From assembly GCA_964496775.1 (NCBI GenBank), contig CAZCBC010000003.1, positions 1-41,524 of the forward strand: a stretch of 41,524 nucleotides of DNA, given 5' to 3'. Shown one piece after another: positions 1 to 9,779 of the stretch (the stretch's first letter is position 1; each line of letters starts with the position of its first letter). The stretch is from an uncultured Oscillospiraceae bacterium (GTDB lineage: Bacteria > Bacillota > Clostridia > Christensenellales > Aristaeellaceae). The position numbers and the translations under genes are program-made. The notes beneath the pieces were generated by a model. It worked only from the letters and a program-made list of their open reading frames with translations. It was not told the origin of the DNA and searched no databases.

Positions 1-127
1 CTCCTAACGAATTCCTCAAAAAACACACTGTCCAATATGTTTGACAAACCTACATAACGTTTTGGGGTGGTATTAGTATCTACACTTTACTATCCTATTC
101 TTTCGCATAAACTGCACATAGCGATCA

Positions 128-2155
128 TCACCACATTGGGTTGAGCCACTCAATCTCTGCCTTGAAGGGCTCCATCTTTTTTGTCAGCACGTCGAGAAGC
201 ACATCACTCGTTTCCTCAATCGCCCTCGCAAGTGGCGGATATGGTTTGTTCGTACAGTCAATTACACCATGCGCCATGTGCTCACCGTCAAAACGTCCCA
301 TCAGCGTCTGATCGTTGTACTCGAAGTAGTGCGCTCCAACACACAATGGATGTGAAGCTGCTTCTTGCAAGAACATCTTATATGCCTTACCACGTTCCTC
401 CTGGGTGGTGCAGCTCTGCAAAGCTGTGCGAAGCAGGCCAATCTCTTGTCCACCGAAATGCCACTCACCGATAATTACCGGCTTGTTCACACGTTTAGCA
501 AGTGTCAACATCGGAATAGCGCTGTGCTGATAACAATTAAAAGAAAGTACATCGAAAATTGCGCTACCGTCCACTAACTTCTCATGCAATCTTGCATGGC
601 GCAACCCAAGACACAAATGATGGTTATCCACATTTCGGCAAGCCTTAAGAGGGATTTCTCCAAAGGCCAAAATCAGAACCTGTTCGTACTCCTTAAGATC
701 CCTGAAAGCCGTTTCGCTAAGCTGTACTTCACGCGAAACCGGCTTGAGCAATATTTCAAAAGAATCAAACGATACTTTCCAAGCAACATTCAACGCCTCA
801 ATCGTTCCGTAACGTTCCTTAAGCCACTCCATCATATGGTAACGGCTCTTCAATGGTTCGTTCTTTACCAGCAGCTCGTAGGCAATGCAACAATCAATCT
901 GGAACATCCATTCCGGTTCATTATGAAGGAAGTAACCAAGTAAAAATTGATCGTCTGCCAAAGGAGCTAATTCATTTTCGGCAAACACAGCACAGTTTTC
1001 AGCATACTCACTGGAGAATACATCGGGGAAGTCGCGGAAAATAAAATGTTTTGTTTTGGGGAAACGTTTGAGCGTAACCACATACGGCAACTTGGACATA
1101 TTTAGAAAATCCTCAACCCGCTCATCAATAAAATTAACAATGCCTACACCCGTCGTATTAATTCCCCAATCCCTGAAGCGGCGAGTAGCAATTGTGCGCC
1201 AAGCTTCCCACCAGTTCTCACCAAACACACGCATCATATTAGCACGCGCCGGATTGAACATCAGATCATTACTCCGCTCAGTCTCGCCGTTGCGTTTCAC
1301 ATACTCGGCAATATGTTTAGGCTTAGTAAAAGCTCTTTTGTAAAGCGGATCTTCGGGACTGGGAGGATTAGTGTAGAAACTTTCCATCCCTGTAAACCAG
1401 CCAAATTCACCCATTCGTGTACCATAGCAGATTCCGTGTGAAAAGAACGCGTACCCGTCTGGATCCACCAACCACCAGCGTCCCCCATCATAATGCGTAC
1501 GAAACCAACCCGTTGCTTCAAACCGCTTGTCAAGGTAACCACCATAAGGAGAAAGACCACGATCGCGCACCGGAGTAGTCATTGCTGTTTGATAGTCAGT
1601 TTGCAAACGTGCGGTCATCTCTTCAATGGAGTGCGTTTTCGTTGGCCATTCATGGCCGATTAACTGTCCCATCTCGTCAATCATTGGCTTTCCCGGCGGC
1701 TCAAACCCAGGTTCCTCATCTGCGACATAAACGCGTCTGAGTTGCGCCCCCTTAAAATCCTTGCCTGGAAGGACCGTAATCACAACACGTTCTACGCTCT
1801 GTGGATCCGTCGGTAGTCCACGACAATGTGATTTGTACGCACCCGGAAAAACATGCAGAAAAAAACGGCGAGACCATAATTCGTCAATAAGCACTCGAAA
1901 AGATTGCCACATATTGGGTAACAGCTCATATTGCAACTCAAGAGGGGCATCACCATTCCTTGAATAAAACAGAGCCGCAACTTTCGCATCAGAATACTGC
2001 TCCACCAAGATATCAAAGCAAAACCACTTGTCCTCGTTCCATGGAGATTCAGGAGGTCTGTCAAACGATACAACAAGCGGATCGTCCCCATGTTTCACCT
2101 GCATACCAGGCTTTACAAACGAATAGCTCCCCTCAAACCAGGTATAAGAACTCAT
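128..2155 (-). CDS. Putative clan GH-A (beta/alpha)8 glycoside hydrolase with an N-terminal beta-sandwich-like region (GH42/GH50-like; family not assignable by eye)
   Basis: 675-aa ORF. 'GYFLHNEPEW' is an NEP acid/base-type motif and 'VIIGEWHFG' holds a candidate nucleophile Glu, in the order expected for clan GH-A. A GGAGG RBS overlaps the stop of the upstream ROK-like gene. No signal peptide. Last gene of the minus-strand array. Confidence 0.6.
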   Translation of the reverse strand: MSSYTWFEGSYSFVKPGMQVKHGDDPLVVSFDRPPESPWNEDKWFCFDILVEQYSDAKVAALFYSRNGDAPLELQYELLPNMWQSFRVLIDELWSRRFFLHVFPGAYKSHCRGLPTDPQSVERVVITVLPGKDFKGAQLRRVYVADEEPGFEPPGKPMIDEMGQLIGHEWPTKTHSIEEMTARLQTDYQTAMTTPVRDRGLSPYGGYLDKRFEATGWFRTHYDGGRWWLVDPDGYAFFSHGICYGTRMGEFGWFTGMESFYTNPPSPEDPLYKRAFTKPKHIAEYVKRNGETERSNDLMFNPARANMMRVFGENWWEAWRTIATRRFRDWGINTTGVGIVNFIDERVEDFLNMSKLPYVVTLKRFPKTKHFIFRDFPDVFSSEYAENCAVFAENELAPLADDQFLLGYFLHNEPEWMFQIDCCIAYELLVKNEPLKSRYHMMEWLKERYGTIEALNVAWKVSFDSFEILLKPVSREVQLSETAFRDLKEYEQVLILAFGEIPLKACRNVDNHHLCLGLRHARLHEKLVDGSAIFDVLSFNCYQHSAIPMLTLAKRVNKPVIIGEWHFGGQEIGLLRTALQSCTTQEERGKAYKMFLQEAASHPLCVGAHYFEYNDQTLMGRFDGEHMAHGVIDCTNKPYPPLARAIEETSDVLLDVLTKKMEPFKAEIEWLNPMW

Positions 2156-2159
2156 AATT

Positions 2160-3020
2160 TCATCCTCCGTTTTCTACTTGTACACTTTGGTCAATTTTCA
2201 GCAATTGGTCTCCCCACTCTGCATAGGCATATGCTCCCCGTAAGGCTGCATCCTCTATATGTTCAGCTCTGCAGACCGTGATGGAACAGGTTGAACAAAA
2301 TCCTTCCATCATCAGATCCAGCGCCTTGGCAATCTGCCCACCAATCACAATCCGTTCAACTGCTTGTCCTTTCAGATGCTCTGTGAGCATTTGTCCAAGC
2401 ATTTTCCCAGTTTCTTTCATTAACTCTGCCGCTCGTGTGTCACCATTCCTTGCGTAAGCCGCAATTTCCTTAACGTTCAAATCTGCGCCACCCTGCTCTA
2501 TCCATCTACGATAAATCCCCCGCCCAGAGACATAGTTTTCCGCGATACTGGAGCCATATGGCGTACTCCAAAGAGGCATCAATGGAGTCAACTTCGAATG
2601 CACCAGGACTTTTCCATTCCGAAAGAGAACAAAACCCAAACCCGTTCCAAGCATCACGCCCGCCGCATAGGAGCAACCTTTCGCAGCACCATAAATTGCC
2701 TCTCCCAGCATAAAGGCTACGCCATCATGCACAAAGACGATATCGCGTTCTGAAAGTTCTCTGTTCAAAAGTTCGCGCAAATTTACACCGTAAAGAGCCG
2801 CAAACTTGTGCTTCATTAACACTGTGCCCGCCCTGTAATCCGCAGGTCCAGGCATGCTGATAGCAATTTTACCAACAGAATTCGTTTGCAAATATTTAAC
2901 GATTGGTCGGATTATTTGTTTGACTGTGCCGTTTTCAGCAATTGGAAACATGCCTGGTTGCGTAAACTCTCCCTTTTTTACCATGCTATGTTTAACAAAT
3001 GTACCGCCAATATCCAACAT
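2160..3020 (-). CDS. ROK-like (ASKHA superfamily) sugar kinase, copy A
   Basis: Carries 'MLDIGGTFVKH' (phosphate-1 DxGGT motif), 'VMLGTGLGF' and C-terminal 'IVIGGQIA'. Collinear with paralogue 28029-28898. The ORF-track start at 3053 is a TTG; ATG at 3020 matches the paralogue N-terminus, and TTG at 3032 is also possible. No CxCGxxGC zinc motif. Confidence 0.65.
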   Translation of the reverse strand: MLDIGGTFVKHSMVKKGEFTQPGMFPIAENGTVKQIIRPIVKYLQTNSVGKIAISMPGPADYRAGTVLMKHKFAALYGVNLRELLNRELSERDIVFVHDGVAFMLGEAIYGAAKGCSYAAGVMLGTGLGFVLFRNGKVLVHSKLTPLMPLWSTPYGSSIAENYVSGRGIYRRWIEQGGADLNVKEIAAYARNGDTRAAELMKETGKMLGQMLTEHLKGQAVERIVIGGQIAKALDLMMEGFCSTCSITVCRAEHIEDAALRGAYAYAEWGDQLLKIDQSVQVENGG

Positions 3021-3286
3021 TACACAATCCAAGTTACACCTCGTTATATTCAAAACCTAACATGGCGCTCAAGGCTAAGCATCACCCGACGCACACCAAC
3101 CGTACCTGATAAATACAGATTGCAACCAGGAAATATATATTGCACCAATTTAGTACAAGCCTTGTCATCCAAGTTGCCGCAATGTTTTCCGTTGCACATC
3201 ACTTCTGCGTACATTCACTTTTCAGATAGCTAAACGGAATATCGTCATCAAGGAGAAAGCCGACCAACTCTTAGGCGCAAATACGC

Positions 3287-5080
3287 TTAACTCTCCTTCT
3301 TTAGATGAGTCTTGTGAATCGTCACAATACCGACACCAAGGTTAGTTACCCTATACTTACCAAGATTTGCGGGTACTACAACCATGTCCAAGTTGTTCAT
3401 AATATAGTACTTGCTGGGATCAGCCAATGATTCAACTTTTACCTTTTCACCATCAACTAGAGCAAGTACATGGAAAAGACCGTCAGTATTGTCATCCATG
3501 GAGGTCTCAAAAATCAGATTGCGCAAAGAGAAATACAGCAGCTCATGCTCACCTACAACGATTTCTTTCCAGCCTTCTCCCTCACGCACCAGACCTCCGT
3601 GGTTAATTAGATTTTCATCACAATACTTTTTTGTACGTTCACTACGGATAACTTCACTGCCCATTTTCAGATGAATCGGGCGCGGCATGTTGGTCTGTGG
3701 ATCAAGGCGTTGATAATCGTAAAGTTTGTAGGTATAGGAACCAACCGTCAGGCTACCGATTTCAAGAATAACCTGGTTACGACCAGAAGCGTGGATGGTT
3801 CCGGCAGGAATCATTACCTGTGTGCCGGGCTTGGATTCTATATAGTTCACATACTTTTCATAGTCAATAAGTTCACCGTTATGCTCAACTCGGCGTGCCT
3901 CCTTGAAAAACTCCTCGCAACTGTTCTCTTCGCGGAATCCCAGATATGTTTTGGCCCCCTGACCAGATACGCAAACATAATAGCTCTCATCCTGACGCCC
4001 AAGTTCATCATGATTTTTTATCACATATTCAGCGTCCGGATGACACTGGATGGACATGTTGCCTGAAGCATGGTATGTATCATCATAATTAAAGCGAATC
4101 GGAAAATAACCGCCGAATTGCTCATAGGCCTGTCTGCCCAGCAACTTCTCACCCATCATCTGCACAAAAGTAAAGAACGGCGTTTCAAACTCATAGTCTT
4201 TCGTTTTAGCAACAATAGAAACTTCCATCGGGATTACGTCAAACACCCATGCGCAATTACGCATCTCACAAGGTAAATTGCGTAAACGATGGATATAATA
4301 ACCGCCCCAAACACCCTCCAAGTATACTGGCCGACAGCGGAAAGGACGTTCACAAAGTTCTTCAAAGAGAATTCTAAGATCCTTCATGGAAAGCATCTGC
4401 ATTTTTTCTGGAATGTCCGCACTGATATAGTAATCCATACGGCCTTGCTTAATCATATTCCAGCGAACTTCTATTGCGACTTCAAAATCAACGTAGTAGT
4501 TACGGCGCATGGTCAAGCCATATGTCTGATTTGTCACTGCGCCGATGTTACGTGCATGCCCGTTTTTGTAGGCTAGAACTGCCGTTCGCGGCGTGACATC
4601 TATCCAGATGCGTACATCATAAAATAGCTGTAATTCAGGTGCCAGCGCTCCCAGGCCATAGACTACACACGCACCATCCGCTTGGAGGAGAGAAGCGAGT
4701 TTCTCAACCTTGCCAGTATCCTGCAAGCCCTTGTAACCCTCTTTATAACGACGACCATAGAGCAGGACCGGATCACGCTCCCTATCCGTAGGTAAATACG
4801 GCGCGAGCATTACTTCGATTTCATCACCTGGCTTGAGCAGTGTGGCTGCATCAATAAAGGTTACATTCGTACCTGCGCAACGCTGGCGCAGCACATTGAC
4901 AAGGCTGGCTACATCCGTACCCGGATAAGCATCAATACCTATTTTTTTCTTTTCTTTTGCCATTTGCGCAATCTGCGCGGCCACGGCATGTATACCAGCT
5001 GTTGGTAGAACACCACGACCAGTCACATTGTTTACAGCATTCGGATCACTATAAGGATGCGGGTGAAACATAAAACTCAT
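3287..5080 (-). CDS. Extended (~600 aa) class-I phosphomannose-isomerase-type cupin protein, copy A
   Basis: The C-terminal ~350 aa carry type-I PMI-like motifs 'NMSIQCHPD', 'QDESYYV' and 'VMIPAGTIHASG'. The ~250-aa N-terminal region is unrecognised. Roughly two-thirds identical by eye to 29447-31249. GAGGAAAA RBS 7 nt upstream of the ATG. Confidence 0.7.
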   Translation of the reverse strand: MSFMFHPHPYSDPNAVNNVTGRGVLPTAGIHAVAAQIAQMAKEKKKIGIDAYPGTDVASLVNVLRQRCAGTNVTFIDAATLLKPGDEIEVMLAPYLPTDRERDPVLLYGRRYKEGYKGLQDTGKVEKLASLLQADGACVVYGLGALAPELQLFYDVRIWIDVTPRTAVLAYKNGHARNIGAVTNQTYGLTMRRNYYVDFEVAIEVRWNMIKQGRMDYYISADIPEKMQMLSMKDLRILFEELCERPFRCRPVYLEGVWGGYYIHRLRNLPCEMRNCAWVFDVIPMEVSIVAKTKDYEFETPFFTFVQMMGEKLLGRQAYEQFGGYFPIRFNYDDTYHASGNMSIQCHPDAEYVIKNHDELGRQDESYYVCVSGQGAKTYLGFREENSCEEFFKEARRVEHNGELIDYEKYVNYIESKPGTQVMIPAGTIHASGRNQVILEIGSLTVGSYTYKLYDYQRLDPQTNMPRPIHLKMGSEVIRSERTKKYCDENLINHGGLVREGEGWKEIVVGEHELLYFSLRNLIFETSMDDNTDGLFHVLALVDGEKVKVESLADPSKYYIMNNLDMVVVPANLGKYRVTNLGVGIVTIHKTHLKKES

Positions 5081-5104
5081 GATATTTTCCTCGCTAATTC
5101 TTGT

Positions 5105-7171
5105 TTATTCTTCATAGAGTAGCATTACTTGATCCTGTTCAATGGTATCAGGACTACCCTGACCAGCCTTCTCCACAGTAGCCCAGCGATTCCATTGTGT
5201 ATCTTCAATAATATTGGATACTGATAACACCTTGCTGGTATCATTCCAGAGCACCAATGCATAAGTATCATCCTTAGCGCGATATAACGCACGTTTTAGG
5301 CCAGGTCCAATGTCTGCCAATTCCTGCTGTGCGTGGAATTGTCCCTCCAGCAAATATTTTCTATGCGCCTTTCGCAGATCAGAAATCTTTTTGACATAGT
5401 CCAGGTCTTCCGGCTGACGCTGTTCCTGAATAAACTTCTTATCTGTAAGGTACCGTAATTCCATCTCAAGTTTAAAGCCGTACAGGAACGCATAGTTGGC
5501 GAAGCGTCTGGAAACATAGGGATTGGGATTACGGATCGTAATCAGGGTTTCTGGAAAGGTGTGCCGAAACAATTCGGGCATGGCAGACGGCCCTGTTCCA
5601 GTGCTGCCAGCTATCAAATCATGGGTACCTGGACCTCTTTCCATAAATCCGTATTCTTTTCCACCGGGATAACTGCCAATGCCATGAATACAATCCAGAA
5701 ACTGAGAATGCACATCGGTAATATGTTCCGTCATATAAGCGAAATCTGCATATTGGTCCACTTGCTTGCGAATACGTTTATGCAGTTTTATCCTGCCCGG
5801 AGCATGAGATAGAGACGGGCGATCCTGCGGATGCTCATGGGTACTGTCAAAACAGGGGTAGGGAGGCATACCGCCGATTTGATCATACAAAACACCGTCT
5901 GCTCCAAAGCCATGGATCCAGTCCGCATTCTGCGCCATAAGTTCGTGCCAATCGCTGCAGCTGGGACAAACGGTTGCAAATGGATTTTTAGAGAAAAAAT
6001 GCAGGTAGTCGCTGTGGCAGAACTTATCATAGTACTCATAATACGGAGTTCCCCAGCGGGTCTTCCCTTCCCGCTTATGACCAGTTTCTTTATAGTATTT
6101 AGTACTAACATCAATCAAATGACCTTGGAAATATAAAGTTACACGCCCCCCCATTTCCTGCACATTACGGATATTCTCCCTAAGGGCATCTGCGCCACCA
6201 AGGGTAGGGCTGACTTCAAGATCCGGATAATGGTTATCATGACCACTATGGTACCAGCCAAACAGACCGAGGGTATCAAACCCGTGGGCTTGCGCGTATT
6301 CATACAGTTGTGGAAGAGTGTCATACGGCCATAGTTCATCTCCATACTGTTGCTTGTTAATCACCAAAAAATAACCGTTCATCGCTTGTACCCAATCCTT
6401 GGGTACCACAGGCTTACGCCAAGAAGAAGCCCAGGAAGCATACTCCTGCGCGCCCTTCATCCAATTGCCTGTATATAACCAGGCCATATAAGAAGGACAT
6501 TGCCATGTTTCGCCAGGTTTTACGAAAGACATTTTATTCATTTCCAGTGTTACTCCACCTTCTGGCGAACCCACTGCCCGCAGCGCGCTGGCGTGAAATT
6601 GATCATCTCTCCCTGTAAGATACAAGCAAGTATCCTTTCCCTCTAACATCATCCATTGCATAGACAACGGCCCGGGATAAGTCGCGGTTATTTCATGCAG
6701 TGCTTCCCGTCCAATTAGACTCATCAGGTAGGCATTGACCCCCAAAATACGTTCTCCCAGGTGCCTGGGATATAGTAAGTTCATGACGCCTTCATCCAAA
6801 CGCTCAACAGCGCCAAAGCAGGGATAAAACCATTCATTAAGGGTAGCATCGCTGTTATTAATGATAGTAGAATCGAAGTATAATTTTCCGTTTTCTACAT
6901 GGATGATCAGCTCAAGCGAAATGCTGACCAGCCCTTCCCGGGTTTGTAGGTCAGCATAACGCAGTATAATCTTGTCATCCTGAACGTCTATATCAAAATG
7001 CTGGTCATCTGAAAACGCCATTAGTTCCCAATTGTTACCAGCATGAATTACTGCGCGAAACAAGCCGGTCGGACGGCTGATGATATTTGGGCCACCAAGG
7101 AACGAAAACTCCGAAAATTGTCCAGACGCGTTTATCGCTATACGTATACCATCTTTTTCCAGAATATGCAT
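5105..7171 (-). CDS. Uncharacterised ~700-aa protein family 'X700', copy 1 (predicted intracellular TIM-barrel-like glycosidase)
   Basis: Shares collinear motifs with 11093-13150 and 32576-34774: 'GFDTLGLFGWY', 'GGRVTLYF', 'GADGVLYDQIGG', 'AYMTEH'. No signal peptide. The ORF-track start at 7189 is a TTG; ATG at 7171 has an AAGGGGGA RBS 7 nt upstream. Confidence 0.55.
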   Translation of the reverse strand: MHILEKDGIRIAINASGQFSEFSFLGGPNIISRPTGLFRAVIHAGNNWELMAFSDDQHFDIDVQDDKIILRYADLQTREGLVSISLELIIHVENGKLYFDSTIINNSDATLNEWFYPCFGAVERLDEGVMNLLYPRHLGERILGVNAYLMSLIGREALHEITATYPGPLSMQWMMLEGKDTCLYLTGRDDQFHASALRAVGSPEGGVTLEMNKMSFVKPGETWQCPSYMAWLYTGNWMKGAQEYASWASSWRKPVVPKDWVQAMNGYFLVINKQQYGDELWPYDTLPQLYEYAQAHGFDTLGLFGWYHSGHDNHYPDLEVSPTLGGADALRENIRNVQEMGGRVTLYFQGHLIDVSTKYYKETGHKREGKTRWGTPYYEYYDKFCHSDYLHFFSKNPFATVCPSCSDWHELMAQNADWIHGFGADGVLYDQIGGMPPYPCFDSTHEHPQDRPSLSHAPGRIKLHKRIRKQVDQYADFAYMTEHITDVHSQFLDCIHGIGSYPGGKEYGFMERGPGTHDLIAGSTGTGPSAMPELFRHTFPETLITIRNPNPYVSRRFANYAFLYGFKLEMELRYLTDKKFIQEQRQPEDLDYVKKISDLRKAHRKYLLEGQFHAQQELADIGPGLKRALYRAKDDTYALVLWNDTSKVLSVSNIIEDTQWNRWATVEKAGQGSPDTIEQDQVMLLYEE

Positions 7172-7290
7172 TCTAATTTCCCCCTTCAATCTATTAACAC
7201 CAATTTAAATTATCACCAAATTATGGCTGTATTTTTCTTGCTTTTTTGCTTTTTATACGAAAAGTAATTGGTTCGATTGAGTTTTAAAGT

Positions 7291-7316
7291 CCCGGAGGCT
7301 GTATACAACCTCCGGG
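7291..7316 (-). terminator. Intra-operon stem-loop after the SBP gene of set A (8-bp stem, weak U-tract)
   Basis: CCCGGAGG (7291-7298) pairs with CCTCCGGG (7309-7316) around a 10-nt loop, 13 nt downstream of the SBP stop. On the minus strand it is followed by ACTTTAAAAC. Confidence 0.45.
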
Positions 7317-7328
7317 ACATCATTGTGT

Positions 7329-8822
7329 TTATTTCTTCTGATTTTCCTCCGCATATACCCGGCTGGCTTCTTCTTCAAACTCAAGACCACCTTCACTTTC
7401 CCAGCGGGCAATAAACTCTTGGTACTCTGCTTCTACATCCCCAGTAGTAACGATCAATTGAGCAAAGCACTCCTTGACAATATCATCCAAGATAGCGCCA
7501 TACTCCGTCCGGGTTTCCAGTACTTGCGCAATCATTGGATAATCAAGCGCAACAGCCCATTCAGCGCTCAGGCCATCCTGGGTTGTCTTATTCATCAAGC
7601 GTGTTTCGGCATTTTCGCGTGTGTAACCGCCAAACCCATTGTAAACAAAGGCACCAGCAGCACGGTGAGTGGCATCATCAGTATAAATTCCAAGCCGCTT
7701 ATACTTGCCTGCTTCTTTATCCACCCACTCAAAGTGTTTTCCCTCAACGCCCATGTAAGTAAGTTCCTGACCTTCAGCATTATAATACATATAGTTGAGC
7801 AGTTTAACAGCCAATTCGGGATGGGCGCAACTCGCGTTGATTACGGCATCAGCGATTTGGTAGTTAGGATACAATTTAATGGGTCCATTCCCGTTAATAT
7901 GCGCGAAGCCAAACAGGTCACTCGGGTTTTCCGGAACCTCAAAAGTATAGCGGTTAGGGTACCAGTTGTTGGTAGTACCTACGCACTGAAAGTCCAGCAT
8001 ACCTACACTTCCGCGCCACAACTTTTCAAAACTCTGCATCAACGTCAGCGTTGCAAAATCCGGGTCCATCACGCCGTCCTGATATAACCGGCGCAGATAA
8101 TCCATAGCTTCAAGAAAACGAGGATGTTTCAGGAAGGTTGTGACTGTACCATCCTCAAGCAATATGGTGCCATTATTGAATCGAAGCGGAATATCAAAAG
8201 CTGACATCAGGTGTTGGAACGTCGCGTCGTCAGTCATCGTATTGACGATGCCATACGTGTCATTTGCGCCATTACCATCAGGATCCTTGAAGGTGAAAGC
8301 GTACAACACCTCATATAGGCTCTCTGTATCTGTGGGCATCTCCAGTCCCACATTCGCCAACCAATCTTTCCTTACAGCAAGGCTTTTAGGATACAGGCCC
8401 GCTTCTGACACAAGTCCATATACGCCGTCTTTGTTTACAAGCGGACTATAGAGATTTTCACCCGCCTCTGCCAGAATATCTGGTCCATATTCTGCGAGCA
8501 AAGGTTCCATGTTGTAAAGCATGTCCGCATCCCTAAGCTCCATCAAAACTTTGGTGTCTCGAACAGAGAAGATGTCTGGCAGTGAATTAGATGCAATGAG
8601 GGTGTTCAATTTAGCATTATAGTCGTCAGCCGTAACATAAATCACCTTCAGCTTAACCCCCAGACGGGCTTCCAATTCCGAGAGCACATCATTTTCTTCC
8701 GGAGGATTGTTATCTCCAGAAAGCAACATCGTAATTGTTGGAGTTTCCTGAGCAGCAAGCGAAACAGGGGTACCAGATAGAAAGAGCGCAACAGCAAGGA
8801 ACAAAGCGACAATAGTTTTCAT
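7329..8822 (-). CDS. ABC transporter extracellular solute-binding protein (family 1, LplA-like), set A
   Basis: 497 aa. N-terminal signal peptide 'MKTIVALFLAVALFLSGTPVSLAAQ' with no lipobox Cys. Lies immediately downstream of two CUT1-type permease genes. AAGGAGG RBS. Confidence 0.8.
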   Translation of the reverse strand: MKTIVALFLAVALFLSGTPVSLAAQETPTITMLLSGDNNPPEENDVLSELEARLGVKLKVIYVTADDYNAKLNTLIASNSLPDIFSVRDTKVLMELRDADMLYNMEPLLAEYGPDILAEAGENLYSPLVNKDGVYGLVSEAGLYPKSLAVRKDWLANVGLEMPTDTESLYEVLYAFTFKDPDGNGANDTYGIVNTMTDDATFQHLMSAFDIPLRFNNGTILLEDGTVTTFLKHPRFLEAMDYLRRLYQDGVMDPDFATLTLMQSFEKLWRGSVGMLDFQCVGTTNNWYPNRYTFEVPENPSDLFGFAHINGNGPIKLYPNYQIADAVINASCAHPELAVKLLNYMYYNAEGQELTYMGVEGKHFEWVDKEAGKYKRLGIYTDDATHRAAGAFVYNGFGGYTRENAETRLMNKTTQDGLSAEWAVALDYPMIAQVLETRTEYGAILDDIVKECFAQLIVTTGDVEAEYQEFIARWESEGGLEFEEEASRVYAEENQKK

Positions 8823-8845
8823 GGGAACCTCCTTGTGATGTATAT

Positions 8846-9763
8846 TTATCCTTTGACAGCGCCGATAGTAATCCCTTTGGTATAATAGCGCTGCAAGTAA
8901 GGATATGCGATAATAATTGGAACCACAGAAACAGCCACTACTGTCATTTTTAATGTCTCCTCAGTTAGGGTAGCCGCTTTGTCGAGCGAGGTAGTATCAC
9001 CGGATGCGGAAAGAGCATTGGCAGCCGCGCCACCAAGGACACTTCTAAGATATAATGGGAGCACCTGCAAATCATTGGTATTGGTGTAAAGAAGGCAGTT
9101 CATATAGTTATTCCAAAACCCAACGCCATAAAACATCGCAACTGCTGCCAGAGCAGGTGCACACAGCGGGACATAAATTTTAAACAAGATCATTACATCA
9201 TTGGCACCATCTATCCGGGCGCTCTCCTCTAAAGAGTCTGGTATAGATTGCATGTAATTGCGCAGGATAAACATATTATATGCGCTCATTGCAGTAGGAA
9301 GAATCATAGACCAGAATGTATTAATCAGCCCAAGCCGATAGACCTGTAAATATAATGGAATCATTCCCCCAGAAAACAACATTGTGAAAAAAATAACAAA
9401 ACTAATAATCCCCCTGCCCCGCAGGCGTTTTCTGGACAAGGGATATGCAGTTAGTGTCGAAAGCGTTATGCTAAGAATGGTACCTAACAAAGTTACTAAG
9501 ATAGAATTCTTGTAAGCTACCCATATTTGTGATGTTTTAAAAATCAGCTCATATCCTTTAAAATCCAACCCCCGTGGCCAGAAGAAAAAGCCGCCTGACA
9601 TGGCACGGTTAGAATCACTGATGGAGTACATAATAACGTGCCATACCGGGTATACTGTAGTAAACGCAAACAAGCCTAACGTCAGACAGATAAAGAAATA
9701 ACCGATACGTTCCCCTTTACTTTTACGTATTTTGAGGGGTTTCTTAAACCGTACAGCACTCAC
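8846..9763 (-). CDS. Carbohydrate ABC transporter permease (LplC/MalG-like), set A
   Basis: Multi-TM protein with EAA-loop motif 'ESARIDGANDVMILFKIYVPL'. The ORF-track ATG at 9817 overlaps the upstream gene by 38 nt. GTG at 9763 has an AAGGGGA RBS 8 nt upstream and is the likelier start. Confidence 0.8.
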   Translation of the reverse strand: MSAVRFKKPLKIRKSKGERIGYFFICLTLGLFAFTTVYPVWHVIMYSISDSNRAMSGGFFFWPRGLDFKGYELIFKTSQIWVAYKNSILVTLLGTILSITLSTLTAYPLSRKRLRGRGIISFVIFFTMLFSGGMIPLYLQVYRLGLINTFWSMILPTAMSAYNMFILRNYMQSIPDSLEESARIDGANDVMILFKIYVPLCAPALAAVAMFYGVGFWNNYMNCLLYTNTNDLQVLPLYLRSVLGGAAANALSASGDTTSLDKAATLTEETLKMTVVAVSVVPIIIAYPYLQRYYTKGITIGAVKG

Positions 9764-9779
9764 TTTTGTTTTTCCCCTT

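Noticed and set aside
3054-3286. 233-nt gap upstream of ROK-like copy A, examined for a promoter, terminator or structured RNA (includes the 115-aa ORF 2886-3233)
   Set aside because: I found no convincing hairpin terminator. The best promoter-like hexamers (TTGTAC ... TATATT) have a 15-nt spacer. The ORF overlaps the ROK start and lacks an RBS.
7323-8087. 254-aa plus-strand ORF antisense to SBP-A
   Set aside because: It overlaps a solute-binding protein gene that has a signal peptide and RBS. The translation is low-complexity, has no recognisable motif, and its start lies within the terminator-like hairpin.
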